This document shows, in pieces, positions 25,102 to 37,696 of a stretch of DNA of 64,000 bases. The translations under genes and the position numbers were made by a program. Below the pieces are notes generated by a model, which searched no databases, was not told the origin of the DNA, and saw only the letters and a program-made list of their open reading frames with translations. The first letter of the stretch is position 1. Each line of letters begins with the position of its first letter. Source of the DNA: Trichosphaerium sp. ATCC 40318 (Eukaryota > Protista > Tubulinea). Location of the stretch: the NCBI GenBank assembly GCA_038496445.1, contig JALMLS010000149.1, forward strand, positions 124,001-188,000. Direction: 5' to 3'.

Positions 25102-25991
25102 TTACAATTTTGCTTCAGCGTTCTTCCAGTTAACAAGACTCCACCAAGCTTCAATGTAAGAAGCGCGAGCGTTTCTGTAGTCAACATAGTACTACATAAA
25201 ATTAATCAGCAAAACAATTAATTAGTTTTTTATAAAAGAACGTACAGCATGCTCCCAAACATCACAGCAAAGAATTGGGACTTTACCGTCGCTCAATGGG
25301 CAGCCAGCGTCGTGTGTAGCACAAACCTCAAGTTTGTCGCCGTTCTTAACGAGCCAAGCCCAACCGGAGCCAAAGTGGGTTCCAGCAGCAGTGGTGAAAG
25401 CCTAAGAGCGCCATAAGTCATTACAAACGTAATTGAACATCACTTGTGAAGTCTAAATTGCTTTAAAACCAACTGTGTACCTTTTTGAATGAAGCGAAGT
25501 CACCGAAAGAAGCGTTGATGGCTTCAGCGAGTTTGCCAGTTGGCTCACCACCACACTAGAAACAAAAGCGGTAAGAAAGTGGCCATTTCTGTGCGGTACA
25601 TTTGCTTTTGAAAAAAAAATACGTACACCTGGTCCCATTGATTGCCAATAGAAGGTGTGGTTGAAGATTTGAGCGGCTAGGTTGTACGCCTTTCCCTTCT
25701 CAGTTTTGATGATTTCCTCAACGGACTTTTTTTCAAGATCAGTGCCCTAGGTGGTTTTAGAGCTATCGAATGAGTAGAGAGTGCTCTAACCTTTGCCAAA
25801 GCATTGAGTTTGTTTACGTAGCCTTGGTGGTGCTTGCCGTAGTGGTACTCAATTGTCTCTTGGCTGATTTTTGGTGCAAGAGCGTCTTTTGCCCAAGGGA
25901 GAGGAGGAAGTGTGTAACTAGGTAGCGTTAATACATTGGCGCTAATATCGCAAAGAAATACAAACAATAGAGGTCGTGTTGCGTACCTCAT
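25102..25991 (-). CDS. Iron superoxide dismutase without targeting peptide; first coding exon only 5 nt
   Basis: [29 protein letters not shown] (Fe-type Gln), [17 protein letters not shown]. Confidence 0.93.
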
Positions 25992-28252
25992 TTTTTTATC
26001 GATGACGAAATATTTTTGGTTTCCAAAGTCATTGCATTAAGTACAGGTGCTTCGTATATCATCATGAATTCGTACCTGAACGTCAGAATGCGCATTGGTT
26101 CGGGCAAAAGAAACTGACACGTAATTGTCCGAGATGCTTTTTACGCCAGTTAATGGGCGCTGGAGCGTATGTAGATGCGGTGTCGTATCTTCCGCTAGTT
26201 TCTCCTTTATAGAGGCGTTGTTATTATCTACTATAGCTGAGTGATTACTCTACTACGACAGCGCACTAATCTACAGCTTATGAAGCGTTATTATTTTTTG
26301 CAGCGTGTCATCGCTTATGGTTGGTTACAACGAATAGCGCGCCACTAGTGTAACAGGAAACCACGCTAAATATTCTTAACGGTTTCAGTGATAGTGTGAC
26401 ATACAAATACAAACAACCTGCTTCTTTGATTTCGAGAACTTGAACAAACAATGTTCTGAAGGTGCTTCTTTGGTTTTTTTGCTTGATTTGTTGTGATTGT
26501 ATTGTAGGTAGCCTGGCTCAAAGGTGCGACAACTTCCATTAAATCTGAAACTATTAAATCTCACTTTATACTTGCACTTGCTGTTTGCCACTATTTTCAA
26601 TTGTTTGTTTTGAACTTTATTGTCACTAATTGTGCCAATTAACAGACCACCACATACAATTCGTAATCATTTTACTAGTCATCTTCGGTTGCTCTATCAT
26701 TATTCTCATTGCAGGAAACAATTACTACACTTATGAGTAGATTGTAAAGTTGACGTCATAATTGTACATACAGTCGTCTACAATATAAAAAAAACTCATA
26801 GATGTCGGTTGAACGCGGTCTAGCCACCAGAATGACATAACAGCGCTACCTAGTTGTTGCAGTGCCAAAAATACTTGTCCATTTTTCTCCCTTTATCATC
26901 CAACAGGCCGATAATGAAACCTACTTTTTTATTTGTTCTTTTCTGTATTTGTAACAACATCAGTCGTTTCTGGAGCTGCATTGTGGTTTTTATTACTTCT
27001 ATGCAGTTATGAATTGGTCTCTAATTTACACTAGCAGTCGTACAGCCCAATAGGGTGTATAACTAACGTAGTGATGCCACTGAGATCATGTGTAAAACAT
27101 TCAAACCAAAAAAACCTAATCGGAGTTTATAGTTATTTTCACTAATTACCAGCAGTTGGTGATGCAAACAACTTGATCTTTAACGATCCCAAGCCACCAA
27201 AAACTACAGTTTCGCAAAAGCGATAAAACGTTATTGTTATCAAGACACGATCGCTTGTAAGATCGCAGAGGTAGGCAAGAATAGTACTTCTTTTTCCTTC
27301 TTCAAACGGATCTAATAAAACAAATATGTCACTAAAACTCTGATGTAGCAGTGGACAAAATGCTTTTATATATATTACGAAACGCATTGAATAGTAAGTA
27401 TTAAAAATATAGCAGCGTGTATGTAACGGTCCATATACGAATCACGTGTTTAGTTTTTGGTGAGGGTAGTGAGTTTTTGAAAATAACTGAACACTTGTGG
27501 CGTTCCATAATCCTCTTTCAAATATTCGCGCGTAGTTAACGTGTTCCTCAGCCCTTTTGCGGAAAAATAAACTTCCCAAGTACCCGAACAAATACAGCGC
27601 AACAATTTCAAGGCGACTGAAAAAGGCACCAGTGATCTGCTGTATTCGTACCGCAACTGACTTGAAGAAAAAAAAAAACACATAAAAACCCATTAGTCCT
27701 TGAAGTTGTGCACCAACCCAAACCATCAGAACGAAACCGCCAATTAGCTGTCAAGCCACACGGTGCTTCATTTCGAATTAATGTTCAAATAAATTTCACA
27801 AATTGCCTCGCAGTTTCTCTTGAGCCTCCAATTAACGTAGATTAATAATGGTACGGTTTAATAGATGTACCGATTATCAAATCTCCGAACTACCCTCATG
27901 AAGTTAAATATAAAACATTGTGTACAAAAACTAGACCGTGGAAACCTCTTTCGTTTTGCGTACTGCGGGATGTTTCGCGCTCTCAGAATTTTTGTTGAAG
28001 ATGACGGGATTCATTCGGCACATCATGAGAGCTGCAAGTTTCTGTAAAAAACCCAATAAGTCAAAAATGACGGACAATTTCCGAGTGACTTAACGAAACT
28101 AGTGGCTCGTGCCGTATTTAGCAAACGTGTTCGCGACTGCACCAGTGGCAACGACTCAGCAAATACTACAAATATATATTAAAAGATCCGGATAACAGGG
28201 GAGCGCTAGTGACTAACAACAAAACACTTGACAATAACAATTACTACGAAAA

Positions 28253-29538
28253 ATGTCCAACCTGTCTTTTGAAGAGCTAAAACTTGAATATCACGTGGGA
28301 AGAACACTAGGAACAGGAAATACATCGCAAGTAATAAAAGGAAGAGAAAGATCAAAACCACATCGTAAGGTTGCTCTTAAGGCAATAACAGCAAGGTTCA
28401 TGCGAAAACACAAAGAACTCGTCGAAAATGAGATAAAGTTTATGCAAGGGCTAAACCACGACCATATAATAGAACTATATGATGTAACTGAATGCCAAGG
28501 TACGAAACGAATGGCTAAAACCAACAACAATGCGGACAAAAAAAATTTATCCGCGCTCTACGCGCGTAAAGAGAAAATCGATCGTTTGGTGAAAATCTCC
28601 AACAATTATCACGTGATTAAATTCACGCGAACTTTTTATTTTACTACATTTTTCACTTGAATTTCTTTTCTCATTCTTTTAACTGACGTTTCAACATAGG
28701 CCTTCCTGTACTTGTTTTCGAGATTGCTGAAGGAACACTACATGACCTAGTTCGCGCCCAACATTTCTTGTTTGATCATCGCTTGGTACAATCTATTCTC
28801 AAGCAAGTCCTTGAAGGATTAAAGTACATACACTCACGTAATTATCTCCACGGTGGTACGTATAAATGAATCAAAACAGTAAAAAAAAAACGCCGGGCGT
28901 CAAAATCCCAAAAAACCCTAAAAATCAAATTGTCATTCGTAGTTTCTTTTGTGCTTTAGTGTTGACGTCAACATAAAATTAAAATAATAAACTCACTTGT
29001 CATTCTAGATATCAAGCTTGGTAATCTGCTCGTTGGAAGAGACAAGAAGATAAAAATCGCTGACTTCGGTTTCGCGTCAAAAATCCACGACGCTTGGTCT
29101 GGAAAGTTAAGCTTAAACGGAACACCTGAATACATCCCACCTGAGTGCTTCATATTGAAAAAATGGAACGAAAAATTCGATATCTGGAGTCTCGGTATTG
29201 TATGCTTCGTATTACTTGCAAGAAAGTTCCCAATTCGTGTAAGAGACATGAAAGAATTTTCGAAACAAATGAAGGAGCTACACAAGAACGGAGGATACGA
29301 CTGGGTGGAGTATCAGAAGACATACAGATTTACAGATGACACAGTTGACTTCCTCAAATTAATACTAGAACCTGATGTAAAACAAAGATTAACAGCTCAG
29401 GAATGCCTAGACACAGCGTGGGTATCAAAAGGTAAATCAAAAAAGTCAAAAAGATCCAAAAAAGATAAGAAACCTAAGAAGAATAAATCACAGAGTAAAT
29501 TGACCTTTGGTGGTCTTCTTCTAAAAGTTGGCGCTTAG
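28253..29538 (+). CDS. Ser/Thr protein kinase (CAMK/Polo-like, non-RD) with Lys-rich tail
   Basis: GTGNTS, VALK, HGDIKLGN, DFG, GTPEYIPPE, DIWSLG; two introns. Confidence 0.92.
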
Positions 29539-30103
29539 ATATATTACTCCCAGCACCACAAAAAAAATATATGTAAATATGTACATAATAATTTAATGTG
29601 AATATAAATAAAACCAAATGTATAAATCACGACATTTCACGTTTTTATTTTCGAAAGAAACCGTTTCTTTCAAGCAATCTCCGTCTTGTGTCCGTTCCTA
29701 CACATTGTATTTCTCTTCCGGAAAGTAACGTATACGCCTGGAATATGTAGAATAAGGTCTAGCATAATAAATTGGTAAAGAGACCGTGCTTTATTACCAC
29801 ATCGTGGAAGTTCTATATTAAGATTTATTTTTCAATAGAACTTCGCGTTGTATAACGTTATCTGGATGTAAGCCCATTCTGGAACTTATACAAAAAATTA
29901 CCCGGCAATACAAGAAATGTATTTATTCCTTTGTATTGGTAGGTTCTCGAGTCCTGTAGCTGTTACAAATTGGTCATTTCGCTAACCCAAAAATAACCAG
30001 TAGTATTGCTAGTTTACATTTTATTACAAATTTATAACGTTGTTTACAATTGTCTTCTACTACTCTCAAGCAAAGCATGTATTAAAAACTTGCTCCTGGT
30101 CGC

Positions 30104-32595
30104 CTATAAAAACCCTTCTGCGGTCATCAAAACGTTGCCTAGACTTCATAAGTATCGAAGTAAAATTTGCTGTAAAAAAACTATACTTGTGTGAGGTTCT
30201 CGTGTATTGGTGTATTGACCATTCAATGGTGATTGTACATGTAATCTTAATGTAGGTTTGGAGTATTTAATAGCTGATACTACTGTATCAATATCCCCTT
30301 GCCATTGGTATGGTATACATACCAAGCACAAACCTATTTATGATCTCAATACATTGGAGATTGTTATTGTTGTTTACCTAGATTATTACACAGTGCCATC
30401 TTCTCGGCGTCCTTTGCAATGCGTTGTGAAGTTACGCTACCTTCCGGAAATACAGTGTAAAAATGTTGCTCGCCTAGGATGTATTAATTAAAAAAAAAGA
30501 ACTTGTTTTTTTTTAACTCGCTCACCTTGATACTCGATTACAAGGTTATGATCTGGAACGAATATATCAACAATAACCGCATCCAATATATGATGCTCTT
30601 CAGAAACGTGTACATCTGGAAAAAGTTTCACAACAATCTCATACAATAGCCTATACAAAAAAAATGAATGAATCAATTTTGTATTTGTTTTCCAGATTTA
30701 CCTTTGCTTTGCCCGCTTTGACAATAGCGTTGAGTTGGTTACTTGAGTATGAGATGCATACGGGTTCAACAGTGGCAATGCAGAGTTCAGGTGCTTTAAA
30801 ATACCATAGCCACCGAGATTAACAAGCTGAGCTTGAGAAATACGTTGCCTAAAGATACGTCAAGAAAAAGCAAGGCAAAAAGCGAAATTTACCATGTACT
30901 GGGAGACTGCACTCCAAGTGCTTTGCTCGCATCTCTAAGGAATTGGAGTTGGTTTTGCTTTTCTATCCAATGGCCGTTTGGATTTTTTGAACGTTTCCAA
31001 GTGTGTTTGTAGTATATACTTTCGAGTGCACGTGTCAGTGAGCCACCAAACCTAAATGCAAAACGACATTAAAAAAAAAAGATCAAAAAAAAGAAGGAAA
31101 TACCTTTTGATTATTTGTGACCCTCCAGCCGATCGTACTCGGTCTACAGGTACATATAACCAATCATCTAATTCTTTGATACCAAGATATAAACCTATGG
31201 TATTAAATTTGTCAATATCATGCTGCCACCATATCCTAGTATTGGATGAAGTTAGCTTCAACTGATTTAACTACCTATTAAGTTTGAAAATCAGGTTTGT
31301 ACGTGAATCTTTGGGAGTGCCATTCTTCGTCTGGTATTAGTGTTTTAAGTGCTTTTGATCTTGAGCCACCAAATCTAGATAAGATAAATTAATTGTGCTT
31401 TGACAACAACCAAAAAAATTGTGTTATTCGTACTGTTTTATTAACCGAGAAGTACGTATGTCTCTTGCATCATACCAATCATTTTTATGTTTTATACGGT
31501 TAGACCGTGCAATAACACCAAGAGCTTCAACTTGGCTATGAGTTTGTGCCCAATAGCCTTTTGGTGCTTGCCTGTTGCCATGCTTAAGAATCGATTCTTA
31601 CAATAGAAAAGAACATAAAAAAACCCAAGCTTGGCAATACCTGAATTTTGACACTTCCCAATCAAAACTCGGTACTGCAGATACCAATGAAGTGGCAATA
31701 GATCCTTTAAAACTAGGATGATATTTGTGAGTGGAACGATAATTGAGTGACTGTTGTGCAGAAAAGTTGCAAGTACATGAACTTATTCGAAAACTCCTTG
31801 GGTATTGCGTTGTTTGGTACATTATACCAATCTTCCATATGCTTTACACATAGGATTTCCGCTAGAGATTCTACATCGTTTCTAGAGCACTGTACACTTA
31901 TTTACAATTAATACAAGGACTTACATAACAAAGTCGAAAAAAAAGAGAGTTGCAAGAAATGGTAGTGTCAGACGTTACCGAAACTTCCATTGTGTCCATT
32001 CAACGGTAGGATACAGTGTGGAGAGCATGTGGTGAACCGATTTTTTGTATCTGTGACCTTCAATAAGTACACAACGACGAAAACAAAAAGTGCGAATTAG
32101 CTGTTTTTTTTTTTGTAGTTTGCGTTTGTCACGTGCTGTTTTAATACAATGTTGCCACCAGCACGTATAAAGTCATGAGGAGTTATAGAATACCAATCTT
32201 GTAGAGTCTTAACACCCAATCTTTTTGCTACATGGTTACATTTTTGACGTTGTTCCTCTACGCCAACGCAACGATCTCTGGCTAAGCGCCTAGTAAGTGT
32301 TGGTACAGTTACACTAAAAGCAATTTTTTTTACGAGCTTGTAACCTGTAGGCGCGAAGAATGACCTATGATCGTTGTGGGAGCGTTTGGTACGCTATATT
32401 CACTATATTTACGGGTTAGTAGAAGGTTGACAAGTAGTAGATATAAATGTAGGTGTAATTGTTTTATCATTGTCTCAATTGCTCGAATTATCGATTTAGT
32501 TAAATGTCGTTGGTACCTGTCATTGAAAAGGAGTTCTTGACGTATTTTGTTCGCCTGGCGCGTAATATTGGCCTAAGGAAACCATTAACTGTCAT
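30104..32595 (-). CDS. DWY/GG-repeat protein with C-terminal PD-(D/E)xK/RAP-like nuclease domain; termini approximate
   Basis: About five ~70-aa repeats (LGVKTLQDWY..AGG, LCVKHMEDWY, KHKNDWY, LGIKELDDWL..AGG, LGVQSPSTW..LGG), then VDIFVPDHNLVIEYQGEQH..KD..K..C..LGLCLVCIPYQW. Confidence 0.72.
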
Positions 32596-32769
32596 TTGAG
32601 CAAAAAAGAAATATAAGCGTTCAAGACTTCGGGTTAAAACCGGCCTGAAACGGATTTTTGGGTACAAATTAGTACCAAGCGTGAAATATTGCTCATTGGT
32701 ACATTTGGTCACAAAAATGGTCAAAATAGCTCAATTGTTTAGTTTCCTTTTGAGGCAAGCATCTAAAGC

Positions 32770-35700
32770 ATGCAATATACCTTCGCTCTCGTTTGTGTCA
32801 TTATATTGTCGACTATTGCGGGTTGTAACTGCAGAACGTACTATATGAAACCCAATGGAACTGGTAACGGTGAAACAGACGCTACGTACGTTAATAGCCA
32901 AAGTTGAGCGTAGTAATTGCTAATTTAACGAAATATAGCCCTGTAGGAAAGTTCGTCGAGTTACAGGGCATACTCCAACCAGGTGATACTGTATTAGTGG
33001 GTGGAGGGGAATACAGAGAGGTGTACAAGTGCGAATACACTATATCAGATACAAATGAGGTGAAACGATTCCAGGGCGAACCTGATAATCATATAACGAT
33101 AAAAAACGTACCAGGTACTTGAAAACTAAAAGTAAAATTCCAAGTTGCGAACTTAACTTTTTTTTTCTTTCGAAGGCCAAGAGCCTTGGTTTTATCTTGA
33201 TTTTGAAGAAGGTTGCCAACCAAATGGAACACAATATGACGAAGCGAATATTTGGTATTGGTCAACACTAACTTTTTGGACTCTCAAACATGTCCGTTTC
33301 AGTGGCATTAATATTGGTTCGAGCATTTGTACGACGTCTTATCCACAAAATTTTGTTTTTCTATGCTTCTTTTACAACGTAGCTTCTTATTCGTTAACCC
33401 TCACCGTTCTGTGAATTCACTAGTTTTGTGCACGTGATTTATTTTATTCACGTGAACAAGACTGTTTCTTCTATCAAGTATTGCATGCTAGTTGAGTTTT
33501 TAAGGAAGAGGCGAATTGTTTTAATTTAATTTGTTTCTTTCGAATAATTTTTTGTTGTTGCTAAGTTTGTTTAAAGCTCGAGGCTTCGGATGTGATAGAT
33601 GTACTGACGTTTGGTTCACGGATGCAAAACTATATAATTGTACTGGTAACTGTATCCAGATATCTTATTCTTACGATATTACGATAAAGAAGGTAGATAT
33701 GAGACTAACACCAAGTGAGCATCAAACCTTGAAAGTTGTCTTTGACAGTTTTTAACCAACTTGTTTTGTAGTGCGACCTTATGATCATTCGCCACTGCGC
33801 CTGCATGGAGGTGAGATAATTAGATCCATCTATTCAATGTTTATGCGGATCATTAGGTGTAAAGGTTGTGCACTCTGAAAGAACAATACTGAGAGATGTA
33901 GATATTGAAGGTGGTAATTTTGGTGTCTGGATTGTTAACTCATCTTCAACTGTGCGTGTTACCCTAAACATCACGTGTTTTTATTAATTATTTTAACACT
34001 TGATAAATAGTTTATTTGGGAGAGTCGTTTAATTGACAATGAGCTTCATGTCGTATTTGTGAATGGAACTGATGATACACGAGTACTACGGTACTGTAGA
34101 ATCAATCACACTTCCCCTTTTGCTATAATATTCTTTATGTGATTCGTTACTAACATTCTAATAATAGGAATGTTGTGTCTGGTGGGAATGAAATTATTCA
34201 TCAATACTGCCCTTACTGGCGTTTAAGTCAAGGTTGTGATACCTTTTCAGCAAGTAGCATGAGGATTTCAAACAACCTTTTTTTGAACATAGCCAACGTA
34301 TCCAATGGGTATCTAACACCTTCTGGAGGTGGCGCTTATTATAATATATTCCATAATATTTATGGACATTATGGTGAATTCCCTTCATTCACAGACTGCT
34401 ACCACTTTAAGAACAATATTTTATCGGGGTATGTTACTTTTTTGCTCTTAGCTTGCTCGTATGAGTATGCAAATACTCAGTAAGCGACAAGTGCGCAAGG
34501 GCAATTTTCTTACAGCAGAATGAATCCTACACGTGCTTAACAGTTATTTTTTGGTGCACAAAGCAAAAAGCACAGTTCTTAATTGAATTTTCTGCATATT
34601 ACCCTTACTCGTTCAAAAAACAATTTTTTGTTGCTATATCACGTGCTTATAAATTAAATCGTAGGGGAACAGTCAAACCAGACATAGAACTAGTGTATCT
34701 TAATACATGTGGCAACCTAATGACCAACAATAATTTTCACAAAGAAGAAAACGATGATAACTATTCGTTTCCTCTTCATGGCAACTTTAATTATGATTCA
34801 GGATTTAAAACTCCTATCACACATGATCCTGAGAGTACTAGACTCAGTAAATCTTCTCCTTTATTATACATTGGGGTGGATTGTCCAGAAAAAAGAGATT
34901 ACAATTTTCGGGTGCGTAAGAACAGCAGCGCAACAACATTAGGTACGGCAGCTTCTTTTTTTCTTCATTCTTTTCATTATGGACAAGTAGTATTTCTTTG
35001 TCATGTATTAATAGCGCTTATAGGTCTTTATAAAGAGTGCTATGATATATCATCAACTGGATCATGTCAAGTTGAAGTCACAAAGACCATTAGAGCTGTT
35101 GACGGGCTAATATCTTTCGATGGTAATAAACTTCACATTTGGCTTTGATTGACTCTTGTGTTTAGGAAGTATTTTTATTAATAATGATTCATTATCATTT
35201 AATTACTCTGAGATATTGTATATAGACGATTGTATTTCATTACAAGGTACCAAAATAAATATAAAATACGACTTAACCAGTTAAGGATCAATTGAAATAA
35301 ACGTCAGCTCATTGGATGCTTTTGACAATAGTACTATTGCAGAATTTCCTGAGACTTGTATTCCAAATGTAGAAAATATGACAGTAACAAGCAATAGCCC
35401 TTGTAACGCACCTGTTCTTACTGTCCAAGGTATGTACTGGTTTTTTTTTGAACAGAATTTTCTTGAACCAAAAAAACCACTTTGTGAGGCTTTACTTTTG
35501 CTAAATTGTCATGTCATTCATTATGTTTACTGTAGTAAAATTGAATAACACATACTGGGCAAAATGTTGAAGTTTGTTGATTTTTTTTTGTAGAGTCAAA
35601 AATTATACTTGTGTTTACTACACTGAGTTGTCAAGACAGTTCTGAAAGTGGACGGATATATATAGCTGGTGGAGCATCAGGAGGTTTTTTACTACTTCTT

Positions 35701-35829
35701 GTTATTTTGATTATTGTTATTGCACTAGTATGGCAGCCAAAATGGTTGTTCCCACACAGTTTGAAAAACAGGATTAACAAAAAAAGAGTCATAGCACCTA
35801 ATGCCAATGTATCTAGTAGTATTTACTAG
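32770..35829 (+). CDS. Type I membrane protein with right-handed parallel beta-helix (pectin lyase-like) ectodomain
   Basis: Signal peptide; TYYMKPNG..LQPGDTVLVGGGEY; Asn-ladder repeats (ISNNLF, IFHNI, FKNNIL); TM GGFLLLLVILIIVIALVW; short basic tail. Confidence 0.7.
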
Positions 35830-35978
35830 TAGTAAAAGGCATTGTAGAATAATCACCGTCAATGTTGTACAACTGTGATTCAAAATAAAGCTGTGTTGTT
35901 ACAAATGAACATTAAAGCCGAAAGCTCTGTTCACCAAAATATCGTCATGACAAAAAAATATAATCCAGTGCGGAGTGT

Positions 35979-37397
35979 CTAAAATGGTGTATCATGCCAT
36001 TGTTTATGATAAATAGTATGAACGCCTGAGAGCATTTTGATGCCATCATCTGTTACTGAGGTGCCATATAGGCTAATGCTATGAACACCAGCAAGCCATT
36101 TGATTCCTTCATCTGTTATACTTTTACAATAACGGAGATCTATTGTATGAACACCAGACAGTGATTTAATACCTTCATCTGTTATACCTTTACATGCACG
36201 AAGACTAATACTGTGAACACCAGCAAGTGCTTTGAAACCTTTATCTGTTATATGTTGACAACCATCAAGGATGATGTTATGAACACCTGAAAGGCACATA
36301 ATAGCTTCATCTGTTACATCAAACATGTAAAGACTAATGGTATGAGCATTGGCAAGTAATTTGATGCCTTCATTTGTTATACCACTGCAATGTCCTATGT
36401 AAATGGTATGAACATCAGAAATTGCTTTAAGGCCTTCATCAGTAACTGAAGTGCCAGAAAGGCAAATTTCATGAGCTCCAGAAAGCTCTTTAATACCATC
36501 ATCGGTAATACTTTGACAACAATCAAGATTAATGGTATGAATACCAGCAAGAGTTTTAATACTTGCATCTGTTATAGCCCGACAGTTTGAAAGGTCAATG
36601 TCGTGTACACCTTGAAGTGCTATGACACCTTCATCTGTTATTGCAGTGCCACCAAGGTTTATGGTATGAACCCCTGCAAGTGCTTTGACACCATCATCAG
36701 TTACTAGAGTGCTACTGAGATCTATTGTATGAACACCAGACAGTGATTTAATACCTTCATCTGTTATACCTTTACATGCGTAAAGACTGATACTGTGAAC
36801 GCCAGAAAGAGCTTTGATGCCTTTATCTGTAACTGAAGTGTTATCCAGGTCAATGGTATGAACACCAGTAAGCACCTTAATACCTTCATCGGTCACATTC
36901 TTACACTCATTAAGGTAAATTGTATGAACTCCTGCAAGCACTTTAATACCTTCATCGGTCACATTCTTACACTCATTAAGGTTAATTGTATGAACTCCTG
37001 CAAGCACTTTAATACCTTCATCTGTTACTGCAGTATTACAGAGATTAATGGTGTGAACACCAGCAAATTCTTGGACAATATTAGAGGCATCAACACCAGC
37101 TATTTTGATTTTTGTTTGCCACAGAGTACTAGTGCGCTTTAATAGCGCTTTTGCTTGGTCGATACTTGAAATTTTGACCTTGTGGTATCCAATAACATCC
37201 CAGATGATAGATGCAAGACGATGGCAGGTTTGACAAGCTGCAAATCGTGCTTTTGTCGTTTTACGTAAAATATGAGCTAGAATCTCTGTAGGGAATTCCA
37301 AAATGTTTGGTTGTGCACTAATAGAAGGTTAAATTGTGAACAGTGCAAAGTAGCGTATAAACCTTTCAAGTGCCGTGACTAGTCCGCTTTCTGACAT
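35979..37397 (-). CDS. F-box plus leucine-rich-repeat protein; one 45-nt intron (37318-37362), then a 1.3-kb exon
   Basis: F-box ILEFPTEILAHIL..TCHRL..W; about 16 repeats of LAGVHTINLxxCxxITDEGIKA. Confidence 0.88.
36870..37021 (-). repeat. Near-perfect 66-bp tandem repeat (2+ copies) inside the LRR exon
   Basis: aagcac(c/t)ttaataccttcatcggtcacattcttacactcattaaggt(a/t)aattgtatgaactcctgc repeated. Confidence 0.9.
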
Positions 37398-37696
37398 ATT
37401 TTTACCACTGCACTTAGCTTTATTGTGTTGCAATATAATAGTAGTGCTTCCGAGGCTCCAGTTTCGTTTTAAACAATGAATGTGGAACAAAGTCAAAAAT
37501 AGTCAAGCTAGAACAACATTGAAAGCAAGAAGTACGGACTTCTGTCTTACCGGTATTAACCTGCAATAGCTTCTTGAATGTAAGAACTGTATTTACACTA
37601 GGGTATCTAACATCACAGAACATCACGTGATGTTAAGGTTCTTTTTATTTTCATTGTACAAAGGGCTTCAAGTTGGCTTAAGCTATTTACATTTTC

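Noticed and set aside
27442-27771. In-frame TGA after MKHRVA (minus strand) as selenocysteine or readthrough
   Set aside because: No recognisable selenoprotein motif or SECIS; the downstream ORF crosses an intron-like T tract
29960-30010. TTGYFWVSEM resembling a DNA ligase motif I downstream of the repeat-nuclease gene
   Set aside because: Lacks the catalytic Lys, is followed by a stop, and has no other ligase motifs
35979-37100. LRR repeats as a CRISPR-like or transposon array
   Set aside because: In-frame protein repeats; no spacers, terminal inverted repeats or target-site duplications
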